From positions 1 through 25,479 of the forward strand of contig JBILDU010000038.1 in NCBI GenBank assembly GCA_044352465.1: a DNA stretch of 25,479 bases, given 5' to 3'. A program made the translations under genes and the position numbers. The notes under the pieces were generated by a model. It was not told where the DNA came from and searched no databases. It saw only the letters and a list, made by a program, of their open reading frames with translations. Position 1 is the first letter of the stretch, and every line of letters begins with the position of its first letter. The DNA comes from Bdellovibrionota bacterium. Its GTDB lineage: Bacteria; Bdellovibrionota_C; UBA2361. Positions 1 through 11,439 of this stretch are shown one piece after another.

Positions 1-201
<201 letters not shown>

Positions 202-218
202 CCTGGGGTGAGTGGTGG

Positions 219-246
219 GGTGGGGGCCCCTTGCAGGGCCCCCACC
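219..246 (+). promoter_or_regulatory. GC-rich hairpin in the rpoB-rpoC spacer
   Basis: GGTGGGGGCCC (219-229) pairs perfectly with GGGCCCCCACC (236-246) around a 6-nt loop. No U-tract follows directly on the + strand. Confidence 0.55.
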
Positions 247-286
247 AAAATGAATTTTTGAGAGTCTTTAACTGAGGACGGTAACC

Positions 287-3200
287 ATGGATGATCTGTT
301 TAGTCTCTTTGAGAAGCCGAAGAACCCGATTAAGTTCAACGCGCTCAAGATATCTCTCGCCAGCCCCGAGAAGATTCGGAGCTGGTCGTTCGGCGAGGTG
401 ACAAAGCCCGAGACGATTAACTATCGGACCTTGAAGCCTGAGAGAGATGGACTTTTTTGCGCGAAGATATTCGGTCCGGTAAAGGACTACGAGTGTATCT
501 GCGGCAAATACAAGCGGCTCCGTCACCGTGGTGTTGTCTGTGAGAAGTGCGGTGTTGAGGTCATTCAGTCGAAGGTGCGCCGCGAGCGGATCGGTCATAT
601 CGATCTTGCGTGCCCAGTCGCACACATTTGGTTCCTAAAGAGTCTTCCGAGCCGTATCGGTGCCGTCCTCGACATCACTCTCCGTGATCTCGAGAAGGTG
701 CTGTATTTTGAGAGTTTCATCGTCACCGATCCAGGTAAGACCGAGCTGGAGTATGGTGAGCTCCTCACCGAGAAGGAATATCGCCAAGCGCGTGAAGAGT
801 ACGGTTCCGGCTTCGAGGCTGGTATGGGAGCCGATACGATCCTCGAGATGCTGAAGAAGATCGAGGTGGATAAGCTCTGTGTTGAGCTTCGCGCTGAGAT
901 GAGAACTGTCACCTCGGAAGCAAAGAAGAAGAAGCTTGCGAAGCGGTTGAAGGTGCTGACCTCGTTCCAGATGAGCGGCAACCGCCCCGAGTGGATGATC
1001 TTGACGGTCATCCCGGTTATTCCTCCGGATCTTCGTCCACTCGTGCCCCTCGATGGTGGCCGTTTTGCGACCTCTGATCTGAATGACCTCTATCGTCGGG
1101 TGATCAACCGTAATAACCGGTTGAAGAGGCTGATGGAGTTGAGTGCGCCGGACATCATCATCCGCAACGAGAAGCGGATGCTTCAAGAGTCAGTGGATGC
1201 GCTCTTCGATAACGGTCGTCGTGGCCGTACAATTACGGGTCCCAATAAACGCCCCCTCAAGTCCCTCAGCGATATGTTGAAGGGTAAGGGGGGACGGTTC
1301 CGCCAGAACCTCCTTGGTAAGCGGGTGGACTACTCGGGCCGTTCGGTAATCGTCGTCGGGCCGGAGCTTCGTCTCCACCAATGCGGTCTTCCGAAGAAGA
1401 TGGCACTCGAGCTCTTCAAGCCGTTTATCTACAACAAGCTCGAGGAGCGTGGTTATGTGACCACGATCAAGAGCGCCAAGAAGATGGTTGAGAAGGAGAA
1501 GTCGGTCGTTTGGGATATCCTTGACGAGGTCATTAAGGAGCACCCGGTTCTCTTGAACCGAGCTCCGACGCTGCATCGTTTGGGTATCCAGGCGTTTGAG
1601 CCTCTGCTCATCGAGGGGAAGGCTATCCAACTTCACCCGCTCGTGTGTACGGCTTTCAACGCCGACTTCGACGGTGACCAGATGGCGGTACACGTGCCGC
1701 TCTCGATTGAAGCCCAGGTCGAGTCCCGGGTGCTGATGATGTCGACCAACAACATCCTGAGCCCGGCGCATGGTAAGCCGATCATCGTGCCGTCCCAAGA
1801 TATCGTTCTAGGTCTGTACTACATGACCCGCGAGCGACCGTTTGCAACGGGTGAAGGTAAGATCTTTAGCGGTCCTGACGAGGTCTGGATGGCGTGGCAG
1901 GCTCAGGAGGTCCATCTCCAGGCTAAAATCAAATGCCGCGTCGATGGGAAGCTCGTTGAGACGACGGTAGGTCGGGTGCTGCTTGCATCGTATGCACCGA
2001 AGGTGTTGCCGTTCGAGAACTTCAATAAGGTGATGAAGAAGAAGGAGATCTCGAACCTTATCGACGAATGCTTCCGCGTTGCGGGGAACAAAGCGACCGT
2101 TATCTTGACCGATCGGCTCAAGGATATCGGGTACCGTTTTGCGACCCTGGCGGGTATTTCGATCGGTATCAACGACATGGCGATTCCGGCTGCGAAGGCA
2201 ACCTTGCTTGCGGATGCTGATAAGAAGGTCGCCGAGATCGACAATCAGTACCAGGAAGGTCTAATCACCGCCGGTGAGCGCTATAACAAAGTCATCGATA
2301 TCTGGTCGGACGTTGGTGACCGTATCGCCGAGGACATGATGCATCACATCTCGTCCCAGGAGTTTAAAGATGCGGATAAGGGTGAGACGCGGCGTGGCCC
2401 GTCCTTCAACCCGATCTACATCATGGCCGACTCCGGAGCGCGTGGTTCCAGTCAGCAGATTCGACAGCTCGCGGGGATGCGGGGACTCATGGCCAAACCG
2501 GACGGCTCGATCATCGAGCAGCCCATTAAGGCGAACCTCCGTGAGGGGTTGAGCGTTCTGCAGTACTTCGTTTCAACCCACGGTGCTCGTAAGGGTCTCG
2601 CGGATACAGCGCTCAAGACTGCGAACTCTGGCTACCTCACTCGGCGTCTCGTCGACGTCGCCCAGGACAGCATCATCACCGAGACCGATTGTGGCTCAAC
2701 GGAGGGACTCCTGATCGAAGCCCTTATAGAGGGTGGTGAGGAGATCGAGTCGTTGTCGAACCGGATCCTCGGCCGCGTCGCGGCTGATGATGTGCGGGAT
2801 CCGATTACGAACGAGATCTTGGTGGAGCGTAATCAAGAGATCGACGAGACCCGCGCTGCGGCTATTACCGCGGCCGGACTCGATGGGGTCCAGATTCGTT
2901 CCGTGCTCACATGTGAGTCCGAACGCGGCGTGTGTGTGCACTGCTACGGTCGTGACTTGGCGCGTGGACATATCGTTAACCTTGGTGAGGCAGTTGGTGT
3001 TATCGCGGCCCAGTCGATCGGTGAACCGGGAACTCAGCTGACCATGCGTACGTTCCACATCGGTGGTGCGGCGTCTGGCCGAGCTGAGCAGACCTCTCTT
3101 GAGGCTCGGTATGCCGGTAAGATTAAGCTTGAGAACCACCGCTTGGCCCGTCGGCGTGACGGTACCTCGGTGGTGATGAGCCGCAAAGCCGAGGTCGTGG

Positions 3201-4414
3201 TCGTTGATCCGAACGATGGTCGTGAGCGTGAGCGTCATCCGCTCGTCTACGGCGCGCGTTTGAAGGTCGAAGAGGGCGGTGAGGTGAAGGCAGGCCAGCT
3301 CATCAGTGAGTGGGATCCTTTCACGATTCCGGTTCTCTCAGATGTCGCAGGTCGCGTCGAGTGGCAGGACATCAACGAGTACACGATGGAGGAGCGCACC
3401 GATGAGCGAACCGGCTTCGTCGAGCGCGAGATCGTGCAGTCAAAGGACAAGAGCACGGATCTCCGCCCCCGCGTTGTGATCTACGGTGAAAACGGCGAGA
3501 CCCGGGTGTACAACCTCCCGGTCGGTGTCCGTGTCACGGTTGAGCACAACTCGGATATCGATGCTGGTGACGGCATTGCGAAGCGTGAGCGTGCGACGAC
3601 CAAGACCAAGGACATTACCGGTGGTCTCCCCCGAGTCGTCGAGCTCTTTGAGGCGCGTAAGCCGAAAGATCCGGCGCAGGTCAGCGATGTCGATGGTATC
3701 GTTGATTTCGGTGAGGATTCTCGCGGCAAGCGTAAGATCCTTGTTAACCCGGACCACGGTGAGCCACGTGAGTACTTGGTCTCGAAGACCAAGCACATCG
3801 CGGTTCAAAAGGGTGATCGGGTTAAGGCTGGCGAGCAGCTGACCGACGGTGCGCTCAACCCGCACGACATTCTGCGGATTGAGGGGGTCAAGGCGCTTGC
3901 CGCTTACCTCGTCAACGAGGTTCAGGAGATCTACCGGCTCCAAGGTGTGCGTATCAACGATAAGCACATCGAGGTGATCGTGCGGCAGATGCTGAAGCGC
4001 GTGAAGATTAATGACTTCGGTGATACCCAGTATCTCCCCGGAGACCATGTCGAGCGCTTCCGTGTGATGCAGGAGAATCAGCGTGTGGTGGGTGAGGGTG
4101 GAAAGCCCGCGACCTACGAGCCGCTCCTTCTCGGTATCACCAAGGCCTCGCTCTCGACCGACTCGTTTATCTCGGCAGCGAGCTTCCAAGAGACCACGAA
4201 GGTTCTCACCGAGGCTGCGGTGTCGGGACGTATCGACCAGCTCCGTGGATTGAAGGAGAACGTCATCATGGGTCGTCTCATCCCGGCTGGTTCCGGTGTC
4301 TCCGATTACGCGGAGCGCCAACTTAAGGTCGAGGGTGATGAAGAGCCGCAGAAAGAGCAGGCTGAGTATCGGATTAGCCAGACCTCGTTAGAGTCTTTGG
4401 CTGGCCTGTTGTAA
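287..4414 (+). CDS. rpoC: RNA polymerase beta' subunit
   Basis: 1375 aa with the catalytic NADFDGDQM motif, N-terminal Zn ribbon (CICGKY...CEKC), [25 protein letters not shown] and [15 protein letters not shown] upstream. Confidence 0.99.
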   Translation: MDDLFSLFEKPKNPIKFNALKISLASPEKIRSWSFGEVTKPETINYRTLKPERDGLFCAKIFGPVKDYECICGKYKRLRHRGVVCEKCGVEVIQSKVRRERIGHIDLACPVAHIWFLKSLPSRIGAVLDITLRDLEKVLYFESFIVTDPGKTELEYGELLTEKEYRQAREEYGSGFEAGMGADTILEMLKKIEVDKLCVELRAEMRTVTSEAKKKKLAKRLKVLTSFQMSGNRPEWMILTVIPVIPPDLRPLVPLDGGRFATSDLNDLYRRVINRNNRLKRLMELSAPDIIIRNEKRMLQESVDALFDNGRRGRTITGPNKRPLKSLSDMLKGKGGRFRQNLLGKRVDYSGRSVIVVGPELRLHQCGLPKKMALELFKPFIYNKLEERGYVTTIKSAKKMVEKEKSVVWDILDEVIKEHPVLLNRAPTLHRLGIQAFEPLLIEGKAIQLHPLVCTAFNADFDGDQMAVHVPLSIEAQVESRVLMMSTNNILSPAHGKPIIVPSQDIVLGLYYMTRERPFATGEGKIFSGPDEVWMAWQAQEVHLQAKIKCRVDGKLVETTVGRVLLASYAPKVLPFENFNKVMKKKEISNLIDECFRVAGNKATVILTDRLKDIGYRFATLAGISIGINDMAIPAAKATLLADADKKVAEIDNQYQEGLITAGERYNKVIDIWSDVGDRIAEDMMHHISSQEFKDADKGETRRGPSFNPIYIMADSGARGSSQQIRQLAGMRGLMAKPDGSIIEQPIKANLREGLSVLQYFVSTHGARKGLADTALKTANSGYLTRRLVDVAQDSIITETDCGSTEGLLIEALIEGGEEIESLSNRILGRVAADDVRDPITNEILVERNQEIDETRAAAITAAGLDGVQIRSVLTCESERGVCVHCYGRDLARGHIVNLGEAVGVIAAQSIGEPGTQLTMRTFHIGGAASGRAEQTSLEARYAGKIKLENHRLARRRDGTSVVMSRKAEVVVVDPNDGRERERHPLVYGARLKVEEGGEVKAGQLISEWDPFTIPVLSDVAGRVEWQDINEYTMEERTDERTGFVEREIVQSKDKSTDLRPRVVIYGENGETRVYNLPVGVRVTVEHNSDIDAGDGIAKRERATTKTKDITGGLPRVVELFEARKPKDPAQVSDVDGIVDFGEDSRGKRKILVNPDHGEPREYLVSKTKHIAVQKGDRVKAGEQLTDGALNPHDILRIEGVKALAAYLVNEVQEIYRLQGVRINDKHIEVIVRQMLKRVKINDFGDTQYLPGDHVERFRVMQENQRVVGEGGKPATYEPLLLGITKASLSTDSFISAASFQETTKVLTEAAVSGRIDQLRGLKENVIMGRLIPAGSGVSDYAERQLKVEGDEEPQKEQAEYRISQTSLESLAGLL

Positions 4415-4438
4415 GGGCTCTTTTTAGAGTGCCAGATG

Positions 4439-4478
4439 AAAGGCCCGGTGGGTAAGTCCCATCGGGCCTTTTTTATTT
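4439..4478 (+). terminator. Intrinsic terminator after rpoC, possibly bidirectional
   Basis: AAAGGCCCGGTGGG-taagt-CCCATCGGGCCTTT stem (one G-U pair) followed by TTTTTTATTT. It lies between the convergent rpoC and cheY. Confidence 0.88.
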
Positions 4479-4542
4479 CATCTTTGTTGCTGGTGCTTAT
4501 TGCGGCGTTAGTTGCAACCAGGGCTCAGAGATGAGCCGGGCC

Positions 4543-4944
4543 TTACGGCACTCCCGCGAATACCGCCTCGAGCTTGCTTTTAAGCTGGTCGGCCGAGAAC
4601 GGTTTAACAATATAATTTGAGACCCCCGCCTTCGCAGCTTCCATCACGTTCTCTTTCTGCGCCTCGGCTGTAACCATGACGAACGGAACTTTGGCGAGCT
4701 TTGCGTCTCCACGGACAGCTTTGAGGAGGTCGAGTCCCATCATATTGGGCATATTCCAGTCGCTGATGACGAGCTTGTATTCGCCGTTCTGAAGTTTCTC
4801 GAGCGCTTTCGCGCCGTCTTCAGCTTCGATGATGTTCTCAAAGCCGAGCTGCTTGAGGCAGGTCTTGACGACCTTCCGCATCGCTGCGAAATCATCAACT
4901 ACAAGAATCGGTATCGTACGATCAAGAGATGCTAGACCCGGCAT
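4543..4944 (-). CDS. cheY: Chemotaxis response regulator CheY (single receiver domain)
   Basis: ILVVDDF..MR, EAEDG, ISDWNMPNMMG (phospho-acceptor Asp), MVTAEA, AAKAGVSNYIVKPF, the typical E. coli-class CheY signature. Confidence 0.9.
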   Translation of the reverse strand: MPGLASLDRTIPILVVDDFAAMRKVVKTCLKQLGFENIIEAEDGAKALEKLQNGEYKLVISDWNMPNMMGLDLLKAVRGDAKLAKVPFVMVTAEAQKENVMEAAKAGVSNYIVKPFSADQLKSKLEAVFAGVP

Positions 4945-4983
4945 AGTTCCCCGCTAAAAAAATCCCCGACAGGTGCACCGTTT

Positions 4984-5012
4984 AGGTCGTCGCGGCTTTC
5001 CCGAAACTTGAG
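4984..5012 (-). promoter_or_regulatory. Putative sigma28 (FliA)-type promoter for cheY
   Basis: Minus strand reads cTCAA-gtttcgggaaagccgc(16 nt)-GACGACCT, about 40 nt upstream of the start. It resembles TAAA-N15/16-GCCGATAA and matches a second site at 13384-13412. Confidence 0.5.
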
Positions 5013-5226
5013 TGTTTTCCTGAGTGGGAACGGGTATTTCCGTATGATCAGGGACAGGTGAGGGATTCCCGAGGAGGCTTTGCAGCGCGTGCATACGCAG
5101 TGGAACTAAAGACCATAAGAGGGATGGCTACGAATAATTCCTACCATCTGCCCGAATCAGGCTATGACGCTGATATCACTGAGCCGAGAGTTTGGTTCCC
5201 AGAGGGATATTTTTAGATGATGAAAG

Positions 5227-5242
5227 TGGCGCGCAATTTGCA
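5227..5242 (+). promoter_or_regulatory. Putative sigma54 -24/-12 promoter
   Basis: TGGCGCGCAATTTGCA versus consensus TGGCACGRNNNTTGCW, with exact GG-N10-GC spacing, about 110 nt upstream of the 5352 start. Confidence 0.6.
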
Positions 5243-5351
5243 CGCTTTTTAGAGGGGCGCTCAACGAGTGCAGCGTCTTCTTCAAGCCCATGGGCTTGAG
5301 GCCTGAGCGCATGAGAATAATCGGTCCGCGTATCTTCAGAGGTTTAGTCAG

Positions 5352-8300
5352 GTGTTCTTCGAGGTTCTAAGTCGGTTTGTTCGCTGTCCATCTAGAGCAG
5401 TGGCGGCGTTTTTGGGTGGACTCCTCTCCACAGCTCCGCTTTTAGGGTTGGCGCAGGGCATTCCCAACATCCCCCGCACGGCAGGGCAGCTTATCGCGGA
5501 TTACTCACCCCTTGTTTCCACCAACGGGCGGATTTCGGTAATCGCCTACCACCAAGGTATGTTCCTAACGAACCCGATGCTCGGTGGGGGCTCCAATCCC
5601 GCGTCGTATCAATGGAATCTGGCGAATCCGTCAAATCCTATCCAGACCCTCCTTCCAAGTATGGCTTTCTGCTCTGTTCAGAACTGCCACGGATACGGTC
5701 AGCGGAGCGATAAACTGATCGGCTTTGGTGGTGGCGCGCCGCTCTGGTCGAATACTTGGCGGGTTGATCCGGCGACCCAGCTTCTGACAAACCTCCCTCA
5801 GGATCCTTTCTACTTTTATCAGACCGAGCAAGGGGAATGGCCGAACGTCGTGTTCCAACCATTCAGCCTTCGAACTTATTGGTCGTACGGTCCAACGACC
5901 GATATCGGGACGGTGTATAAGCGCAACCAACGGATTACGAGTTGGAATCATATCGGCCTCACCGGGAACCCAGGGTTTCCCTTTTTGCTCGGTAAATATC
6001 TCTACTTTATCGGTGCGGCGAATAATACCGGCATCTCGGTTTACGATCTCAGCGCGAGCTTCAATTCACCCGATACGCCGCCAACCCTTGTTGGTCGGCT
6101 TTCGGCGCCCGTTGGGGGCTACCATCCTCTTATCCTAGCGGCAAACAACCGTCTGTACGCGTTTATGCCCGCTCGGTCGAACGCTGCTGGAACCGCGGGA
6201 CGCTACATCGTCGCCGATATCACCGATCCGGAAAACATGTTCGTCGTGGCCGATCGGGAGACTCCTGAGCTTGCTGACTCAGGGTACGCGCGCGCTCAAG
6301 ACGATAAGGTCTTCATGGATCGCTTCAAGATCGACATGAACACGTGGAACGTCGAGCGAACCTTCTCTATGCCCGGATTTACTCCCGGTAACCAGTACAG
6401 TCTACCGGTTGGGAACTCGGTGCTCCTCGCTGGGGTGAATACCTTTTCGCTCTGGGCTCATCAGAGCGCTCCTGATACGAATCCCCCGTCGGTGGCGTGG
6501 CACGAGCCCCGTCCGAACGCGACAAATCATCCGGTTGGTGCTCCGGTCTCATTCATTATTCAGGAGACCTTACGTACCGAGGACTTGGTGGATGGTCAGA
6601 CATTTACCATCCGTCCGATCATCAACGGTGTCGCTGGAGCGCCGGTAGCGACCACTCATTTTCTTAACCACCAAGGGTATCTGACCGTCACACCGAACAA
6701 CGATCTCCAGCCGAATACAACGTATGAGGTCTTTATCGGCGGTATCCGTGATGTGCCCGGAAACGTCATGGTGCCGTATACGTTCCGCTTCTCCACCGGG
6801 AACAACCTGGCCGGGGGAAATCAACTTCCAGTAATCAGCAGTTTCACCGCGAGTCCGTATCCCGCGCTGCCGAACCAGGTTGTTTCCCTCTCGGCGAGCG
6901 CGACTGACCCGGAGCAGGGCCCGCTTCAGTATCGAATCCAGTACGGTGATGGTCAATCAAGCCAGTGGGGAAGCTCCCCGTCCTTCAACTACACCTATAC
7001 CGCGAGTGGGCATTACGAGGCGGTGATCTTTGTTCGTGACACCCAAGGCGCGATGCAGACGAGACGTCGTGTCGTGACGGTCACAACCCCCCCGAGTGCG
7101 ACCCCTCCCACAAACTCCAGCTCCATCGCGTACAATCCGGCCTCGAACCTCACCTGGGTAGTGAATCCTGATTCCGATTCGGTATCGATCATCGGTGGAA
7201 ACAACGCTGTTCAAGAGGTTCCACTCGGCGTGGGTAGTAAGCCGGCGAACGTAGCGATAGACAGCGCTGGTAATGGGTGGGTCACTCTTCAAGGCACCGA
7301 CCGCATCGCTATCGTGGGAGCAAACGGGTCGATAAGCCAGACGATACAGCTTCCGTACGGCAGCGGACCGTTCGGTATCGCTCTTAATCCAGCGAAGACG
7401 GCGGTATTTGTTACGACGTATGGGAAGGGGCAGCTCCTTCGCTTCAATCCATCGACGCGAGTGCAGACAGCAGCTTTGGTCCTCGGAGCGACGGCACGGG
7501 CGATCGCCATCAACGGTAGCGGGACGCGCGCTTATGTGACCCGTTTTATCTCAAGTCCGCTTAGTCGCCGGGGAGAGATCTGGAATGTTGATATCTCGTC
7601 CGCGTTACAGCTCGTCGGCACTATTGCCCTCCGCCAAGATATCCTGACGACTGAAAACAGTGGTGGTGGGCGGGGGCTTCCGAATTACCTCGCGGGAATA
7701 GCGATTAGTCGTGATGGGCAACGGGCCGTTGTGGCGCACTCGATGCCGAACGTCGATCGAGGGCTGTATAAGAGTGGGCAAAGCTTAACCCCCGAGCACA
7801 CGGTCCGGGCCCGAATTTCAGAGATCAATCTTGCCACGAATATGGAGAACACTGCGGGTCGGCGCGATATTGACAACAGCGACTCACCGACCGCGATCGC
7901 CTATTCGCCGCTCGGCGATTACATGTTCCTCACGGTACAGGGAAATAACCTCGTGGCGGTATACGATATCCTCCAGCCAACGACGAGCATCGTCTCGCCG
8001 ATCGCCCGACTCGGAGTGGGAAAGGCACCCCAAGGTCTCGTCATCGGAGGGGACCGATTATACGTTCAGAATTTCACCGATCGAACGGTAACACGGCTTG
8101 ATCTCGCTGAGTTCTTCGCCGGCGGCATCGGGACGCCGAGTGCGATCGACATCACGACGACCTCCCTCGATCGCCTTAATGCGACGGAACGGCTGGGTCA
8201 ACAGATCTTCTATGATGCCTCTGACAACGGAAGCTCGCTCGGTCAGAACCGGATGAGCCTCGAAGGCTATATCAGCTGCGCTACTTGTCATATCGGCGGG

Positions 8301-10109
8301 GGCCATGACGGGCAGACCTTTGACTTCACTGACCGGGGCGAGGGGCTCCGTAATACGACCGACCTGCGGGGGCGAGGTGGTACGGCGCATGGTCGGATAC
8401 ACTGGAGCGCCAATTTCGACGAAATACAGGACTTCGAGAACGATATCCGCAATTCATTCGGGGGGCGTGGCTTCATGAGTGCCGCCGACTTCACCGCAAC
8501 CGCCGATCCCCTGGGCACCCCCAAAGCTGGCCGCAGTGTTGAGCTTGATGCGCTCGCCGCGTATGTTCGCTCGCTTGGGGTAGCGTCGCAACCCCGGAGC
8601 CCCCATCGTAACGCCGATGGAACCAGGACGGCGGCGGGGGAGCGGGGGATGTATATCTTTGCGATGGAGAACTGCCACTCGTGCCATGCGGTCCCGCGCT
8701 TGACCGATAGTCAGCTTCAGTCGTCGCTACTCCACAACGTCGGAACTTTGAGCAACTCCTCGGGAAATCGTTTGGGCGCAGCTCTGACCGGGATAGATAC
8801 ACCAACGCTCTTTTCGGTGTTTCAGTCGGGGCCTTACCTGCATGATGGCTCGGCCCCAACTCTCGCCGATGTGTTCTCGATGACCGGGGGCATAAAGCTA
8901 CAGGCTGAGAACGCGAGTCAGCGGCTTAGTGGATCACCGGTTACCATGATCTACGGGGGCACAGCTCACCACGGCACGGCTATCCAAGGGCCGGGGCGCC
9001 TCGTTTTCAGCAACCTGGATGGTGGCCCGGGTGGTGGTGCTGCTGAGATAGAGATTCGCTACAGCAAAGCACAGGCAGGTAGCGCGGCCCTCGTGGTGAA
9101 CGGAGGGGCACCGCTGAGCGTGAATCTTCCGGTAACCCCAAATGAGCCCGGCTGGGCGATGAACGTGTTCCGTACGGTGACGGTTCAGACCTCTCTTCAG
9201 GCGGGACTAACGAATACGCTCGATCTCTCGTTTCCTGATTGGACAAATATCGATGAGATAACTGTCCGCCATGCGGGCTTTAGGGCGCTGGCGGTGGCGC
9301 ACCGGCAGGTTCTTAATCTTGCCCCGAGCGACCGCGATGATCTCCTGCAATTCCTCCGTGAGCTCGATGGCTCGGACGATCAGAGTGCGACCCAGGGGCT
9401 GCCGACACCGACACCGACTCCGATTCCGACTGCTACGGTGACGCCGGTTCCCACCGCGACGGCAACGCCGACCCGCACGCCGACGGTGGCACCGACCCAC
9501 ACACCAACACCGCTTCCGACCGCAACGGCAACTCCGACGCGGACCGCAACACCAGCGGCCACCGCGACGCCGACCCGGACTCCAACACCGCTTGCCACCG
9601 CGACGGCCACGCCGACGAGAACACCAACCCCGTTGCCAACCAACACCGCGACGCCGCTACCAACGGTGACGGCTACACCAACGAGGACCGCGACCCCGTT
9701 ACCGACTCACACAGCGACCCCGCAACCTACGGCGACACCGGCCGCTACCTCAACCCCGGTTCCGACAAGCACCGCCACACCTCTGCCGACGGCGACACCG
9801 CTCGCGAGTCCGACGCCGCTTGCCGATATCACTCCGCCGACTGCTGTTTTCAATAGACCTGCGGCGGGAGCAACGTTTAGGACTAAACTTACCGTGAAAG
9901 TCAGCGCTACCGATTCGCAAAGTGGGGTAGCCAGTATTCGGATCCGTCTCAACGGCGTGCTGCGGAAGACCTGCCTCAATGTGACGTCGTGTCAGATTTC
10001 GTTGAATACCTCGAAACTACCGTTCGGCCCCCACCTCTTGGAGGCGACCGCCGCTGACTATGCCGGCAACAAAAACTCGATTAAACGGGCGGTGTACCGG
10101 AAGAAATAG
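5352..10109 (+). CDS. Large secreted modular protein: Ig-like (SbsA/Big_5-type), PKD, YVTN/YncE-type beta-propeller, di-haem cytochrome c (peroxidase/MauG-like), probable CBM6/35-like insert, Pro/Thr linker, C-terminal Ig-like domain
   Basis: Signal-like N-terminus (..APLLGLA-QG). DTNPPSV...[17 protein letters not shown] (Ig), [28 protein letters not shown] (PKD), [13 protein letters not shown] and further propeller blades. Two CxxCH motifs (CATCH 8277-8291, CHSCH 8673-8687) and TPTL...[14 protein letters not shown]...IRYS...LVVNG...[16 protein letters not shown] (CBM-like), DITPPTAV...ATAADYAGN (Ig). Confidence 0.8.
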   Translation: MFFEVLSRFVRCPSRAVAAFLGGLLSTAPLLGLAQGIPNIPRTAGQLIADYSPLVSTNGRISVIAYHQGMFLTNPMLGGGSNPASYQWNLANPSNPIQTLLPSMAFCSVQNCHGYGQRSDKLIGFGGGAPLWSNTWRVDPATQLLTNLPQDPFYFYQTEQGEWPNVVFQPFSLRTYWSYGPTTDIGTVYKRNQRITSWNHIGLTGNPGFPFLLGKYLYFIGAANNTGISVYDLSASFNSPDTPPTLVGRLSAPVGGYHPLILAANNRLYAFMPARSNAAGTAGRYIVADITDPENMFVVADRETPELADSGYARAQDDKVFMDRFKIDMNTWNVERTFSMPGFTPGNQYSLPVGNSVLLAGVNTFSLWAHQSAPDTNPPSVAWHEPRPNATNHPVGAPVSFIIQETLRTEDLVDGQTFTIRPIINGVAGAPVATTHFLNHQGYLTVTPNNDLQPNTTYEVFIGGIRDVPGNVMVPYTFRFSTGNNLAGGNQLPVISSFTASPYPALPNQVVSLSASATDPEQGPLQYRIQYGDGQSSQWGSSPSFNYTYTASGHYEAVIFVRDTQGAMQTRRRVVTVTTPPSATPPTNSSSIAYNPASNLTWVVNPDSDSVSIIGGNNAVQEVPLGVGSKPANVAIDSAGNGWVTLQGTDRIAIVGANGSISQTIQLPYGSGPFGIALNPAKTAVFVTTYGKGQLLRFNPSTRVQTAALVLGATARAIAINGSGTRAYVTRFISSPLSRRGEIWNVDISSALQLVGTIALRQDILTTENSGGGRGLPNYLAGIAISRDGQRAVVAHSMPNVDRGLYKSGQSLTPEHTVRARISEINLATNMENTAGRRDIDNSDSPTAIAYSPLGDYMFLTVQGNNLVAVYDILQPTTSIVSPIARLGVGKAPQGLVIGGDRLYVQNFTDRTVTRLDLAEFFAGGIGTPSAIDITTTSLDRLNATERLGQQIFYDASDNGSSLGQNRMSLEGYISCATCHIGGGHDGQTFDFTDRGEGLRNTTDLRGRGGTAHGRIHWSANFDEIQDFENDIRNSFGGRGFMSAADFTATADPLGTPKAGRSVELDALAAYVRSLGVASQPRSPHRNADGTRTAAGERGMYIFAMENCHSCHAVPRLTDSQLQSSLLHNVGTLSNSSGNRLGAALTGIDTPTLFSVFQSGPYLHDGSAPTLADVFSMTGGIKLQAENASQRLSGSPVTMIYGGTAHHGTAIQGPGRLVFSNLDGGPGGGAAEIEIRYSKAQAGSAALVVNGGAPLSVNLPVTPNEPGWAMNVFRTVTVQTSLQAGLTNTLDLSFPDWTNIDEITVRHAGFRALAVAHRQVLNLAPSDRDDLLQFLRELDGSDDQSATQGLPTPTPTPIPTATVTPVPTATATPTRTPTVAPTHTPTPLPTATATPTRTATPAATATPTRTPTPLATATATPTRTPTPLPTNTATPLPTVTATPTRTATPLPTHTATPQPTATPAATSTPVPTSTATPLPTATPLASPTPLADITPPTAVFNRPAAGATFRTKLTVKVSATDSQSGVASIRIRLNGVLRKTCLNVTSCQISLNTSKLPFGPHLLEATAADYAGNKNSIKRAVYRKK
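9402..9824 (+). repeat. Pro/Thr-rich low-complexity linker ([18 protein letters not shown] units)
   Basis: About 140 codons of alternating xT/PT units within the large CDS. Codons vary synonymously between units. Confidence 0.9.
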
Positions 10110-10168
10110 GTGAGTACAGCCCGTTCGAGGGAGTCGCATTAATAGTGGTGCAACGAGCTCAAAGTGGT

Positions 10169-10477
10169 CTACTCGAATTTCTCAGCTCTCAAAACTTCGA
10201 CTTCAGTACGAAATGCTACCAGAGCGTAGGTGCCTAGAAAGTCACGTTGAAGCATCGCTAGAATTTTGTCTGAAAGCTCGGCATTCACCAACGTTTGAAT
10301 CTGTATATTATCGCCCGACCACTCGCTCGCCCGGATAGTGCCAATCGAGTCGCCGCGGCAAGCGCTGACCGAGTAGCCCTTCACTCCGAGCCCGATGATC
10401 GCTTCTATCAGGCGACCTTCAATCAGCGACTCGGAGACGATGGTGACGAGGGTCCGCTTTTTGGTGGTAACGGTCAT
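10169..10477 (-). CDS. sbtB: PII-like regulator, SbtB family
   Basis: 102 aa: LVTIVSESLIE.RL...I..LGVKGYS....RG.......SEWSGDNIQIQTLV...EVEVLRAEKF. Its start overlaps the sbtA stop (ATGA, 10474-10477). Confidence 0.82.
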   Translation of the reverse strand: MTVTTKKRTLVTIVSESLIEGRLIEAIIGLGVKGYSVSACRGDSIGTIRASEWSGDNIQIQTLVNAELSDKILAMLQRDFLGTYALVAFRTEVEVLRAEKFE

Positions 10478-11439
10478 AGGTATCCGTAGATAATCTGGGT
10501 CATCGAAAAGTATAACGGAATTCCGAGTGAAAGGTTAAAAGGAAAAGTAACCGCAAGCGACGCCGTGACGTAATACCCCGGATTTGCCTCGGGCAGGGCG
10601 ATACGCACCGCCGCCGGCGCGGCGATGTAGGAGGCGCTCGCCGCCATCGTGGCGAGAACGAAACTACCTTCCACCGAGAGCCCCCCGAGAGCCCCGGCCA
10701 CAGCACCGAGGACGGCGTGGGCGAGCGGCACGACGATTCCGAAAAGAACGATCGCGGCACCGGCTTTACGGAGGTCCTTGAGTCTGCTGCCACAGACGAG
10801 TCCTATCTCGAGAAGGAAGAGGACGAGGAGGCCGGGAAAGAGCCCCTCGAAGAAGGGTGCTATCTTCGCAAAGCCGGCCTTCCCGGTGATGAAGCCGATC
10901 AGCACCCCACCCACCAAGAGGACGATGCTTTTCCCGGCGACGATCTCATGAAAAACCTTTGAAAGCGGCACTCCCTTCCCCTCGCGTGCCTTGTAAAGCA
11001 GCAGGGCAATGAGGATTGCCGGCACCTCCAAAGCGGCGACGAGAGCCGCCATAAAGGGTTCAGGCTGGCGCCCCATTCTCTCAAGAAAAGAGAGACTGGC
11101 AATAAAAGTGACCACCGATACCGAGCCGTAGTGGGCCGCGAGAGCCGCACCATCCGCCCTCGAGAGTCGAGAGACCCGGCGAGCGAAGTTGTAAGCAGTA
11201 ATGGGGGTAATGATGCCAAGCAACAACGTGACCAGGAGCGGCTCAAGCACGGTCTCTAAGCCGCTCTCTCGCATCGCCACACCGCCTTTGAGACCGATGG
11301 CGAGAAGAAGCACCATCGATAGAGATGTGTAGAGCGCGTCGGGAAACTTGAGATCGCTTCTGACGAGAACCGCGAACATCCCGAGGGCGAACGCGAGAAT
11401 CATCGGCGAGGTGAGGTTAGCGATGATAATATCGAGCAT
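10474..11439 (-). CDS. sbtA: Sodium-dependent bicarbonate transporter family permease (SbtA/DUF897)
   Basis: Likely start is the ATG at 11439 (MLDIIIANLTSPMILAFALG), not the ORF-track 11568. Motifs RSDLKFP, LLLAIGLKGG, AAHYGSVSVVTF, ALEVPA, ASASYIAAPAAVRIALPEANP, SLAVTFPFN. About 10 hydrophobic segments. Confidence 0.9.
   Translation of the reverse strand: MLDIIIANLTSPMILAFALGMFAVLVRSDLKFPDALYTSLSMVLLLAIGLKGGVAMRESGLETVLEPLLVTLLLGIITPITAYNFARRVSRLSRADGAALAAHYGSVSVVTFIASLSFLERMGRQPEPFMAALVAALEVPAILIALLLYKAREGKGVPLSKVFHEIVAGKSIVLLVGGVLIGFITGKAGFAKIAPFFEGLFPGLLVLFLLEIGLVCGSRLKDLRKAGAAIVLFGIVVPLAHAVLGAVAGALGGLSVEGSFVLATMAASASYIAAPAAVRIALPEANPGYYVTASLAVTFPFNLSLGIPLYFSMTQIIYGYL

Noticed and set aside
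9380..9979. Val/Gly/Ala-rich minus-strand ORFs, and a possible CRISPR-like or VNTR array
   Set aside because: They are the antisense reading of the Pro/Thr linker. The units vary synonymously and have no repeat-spacer structure.
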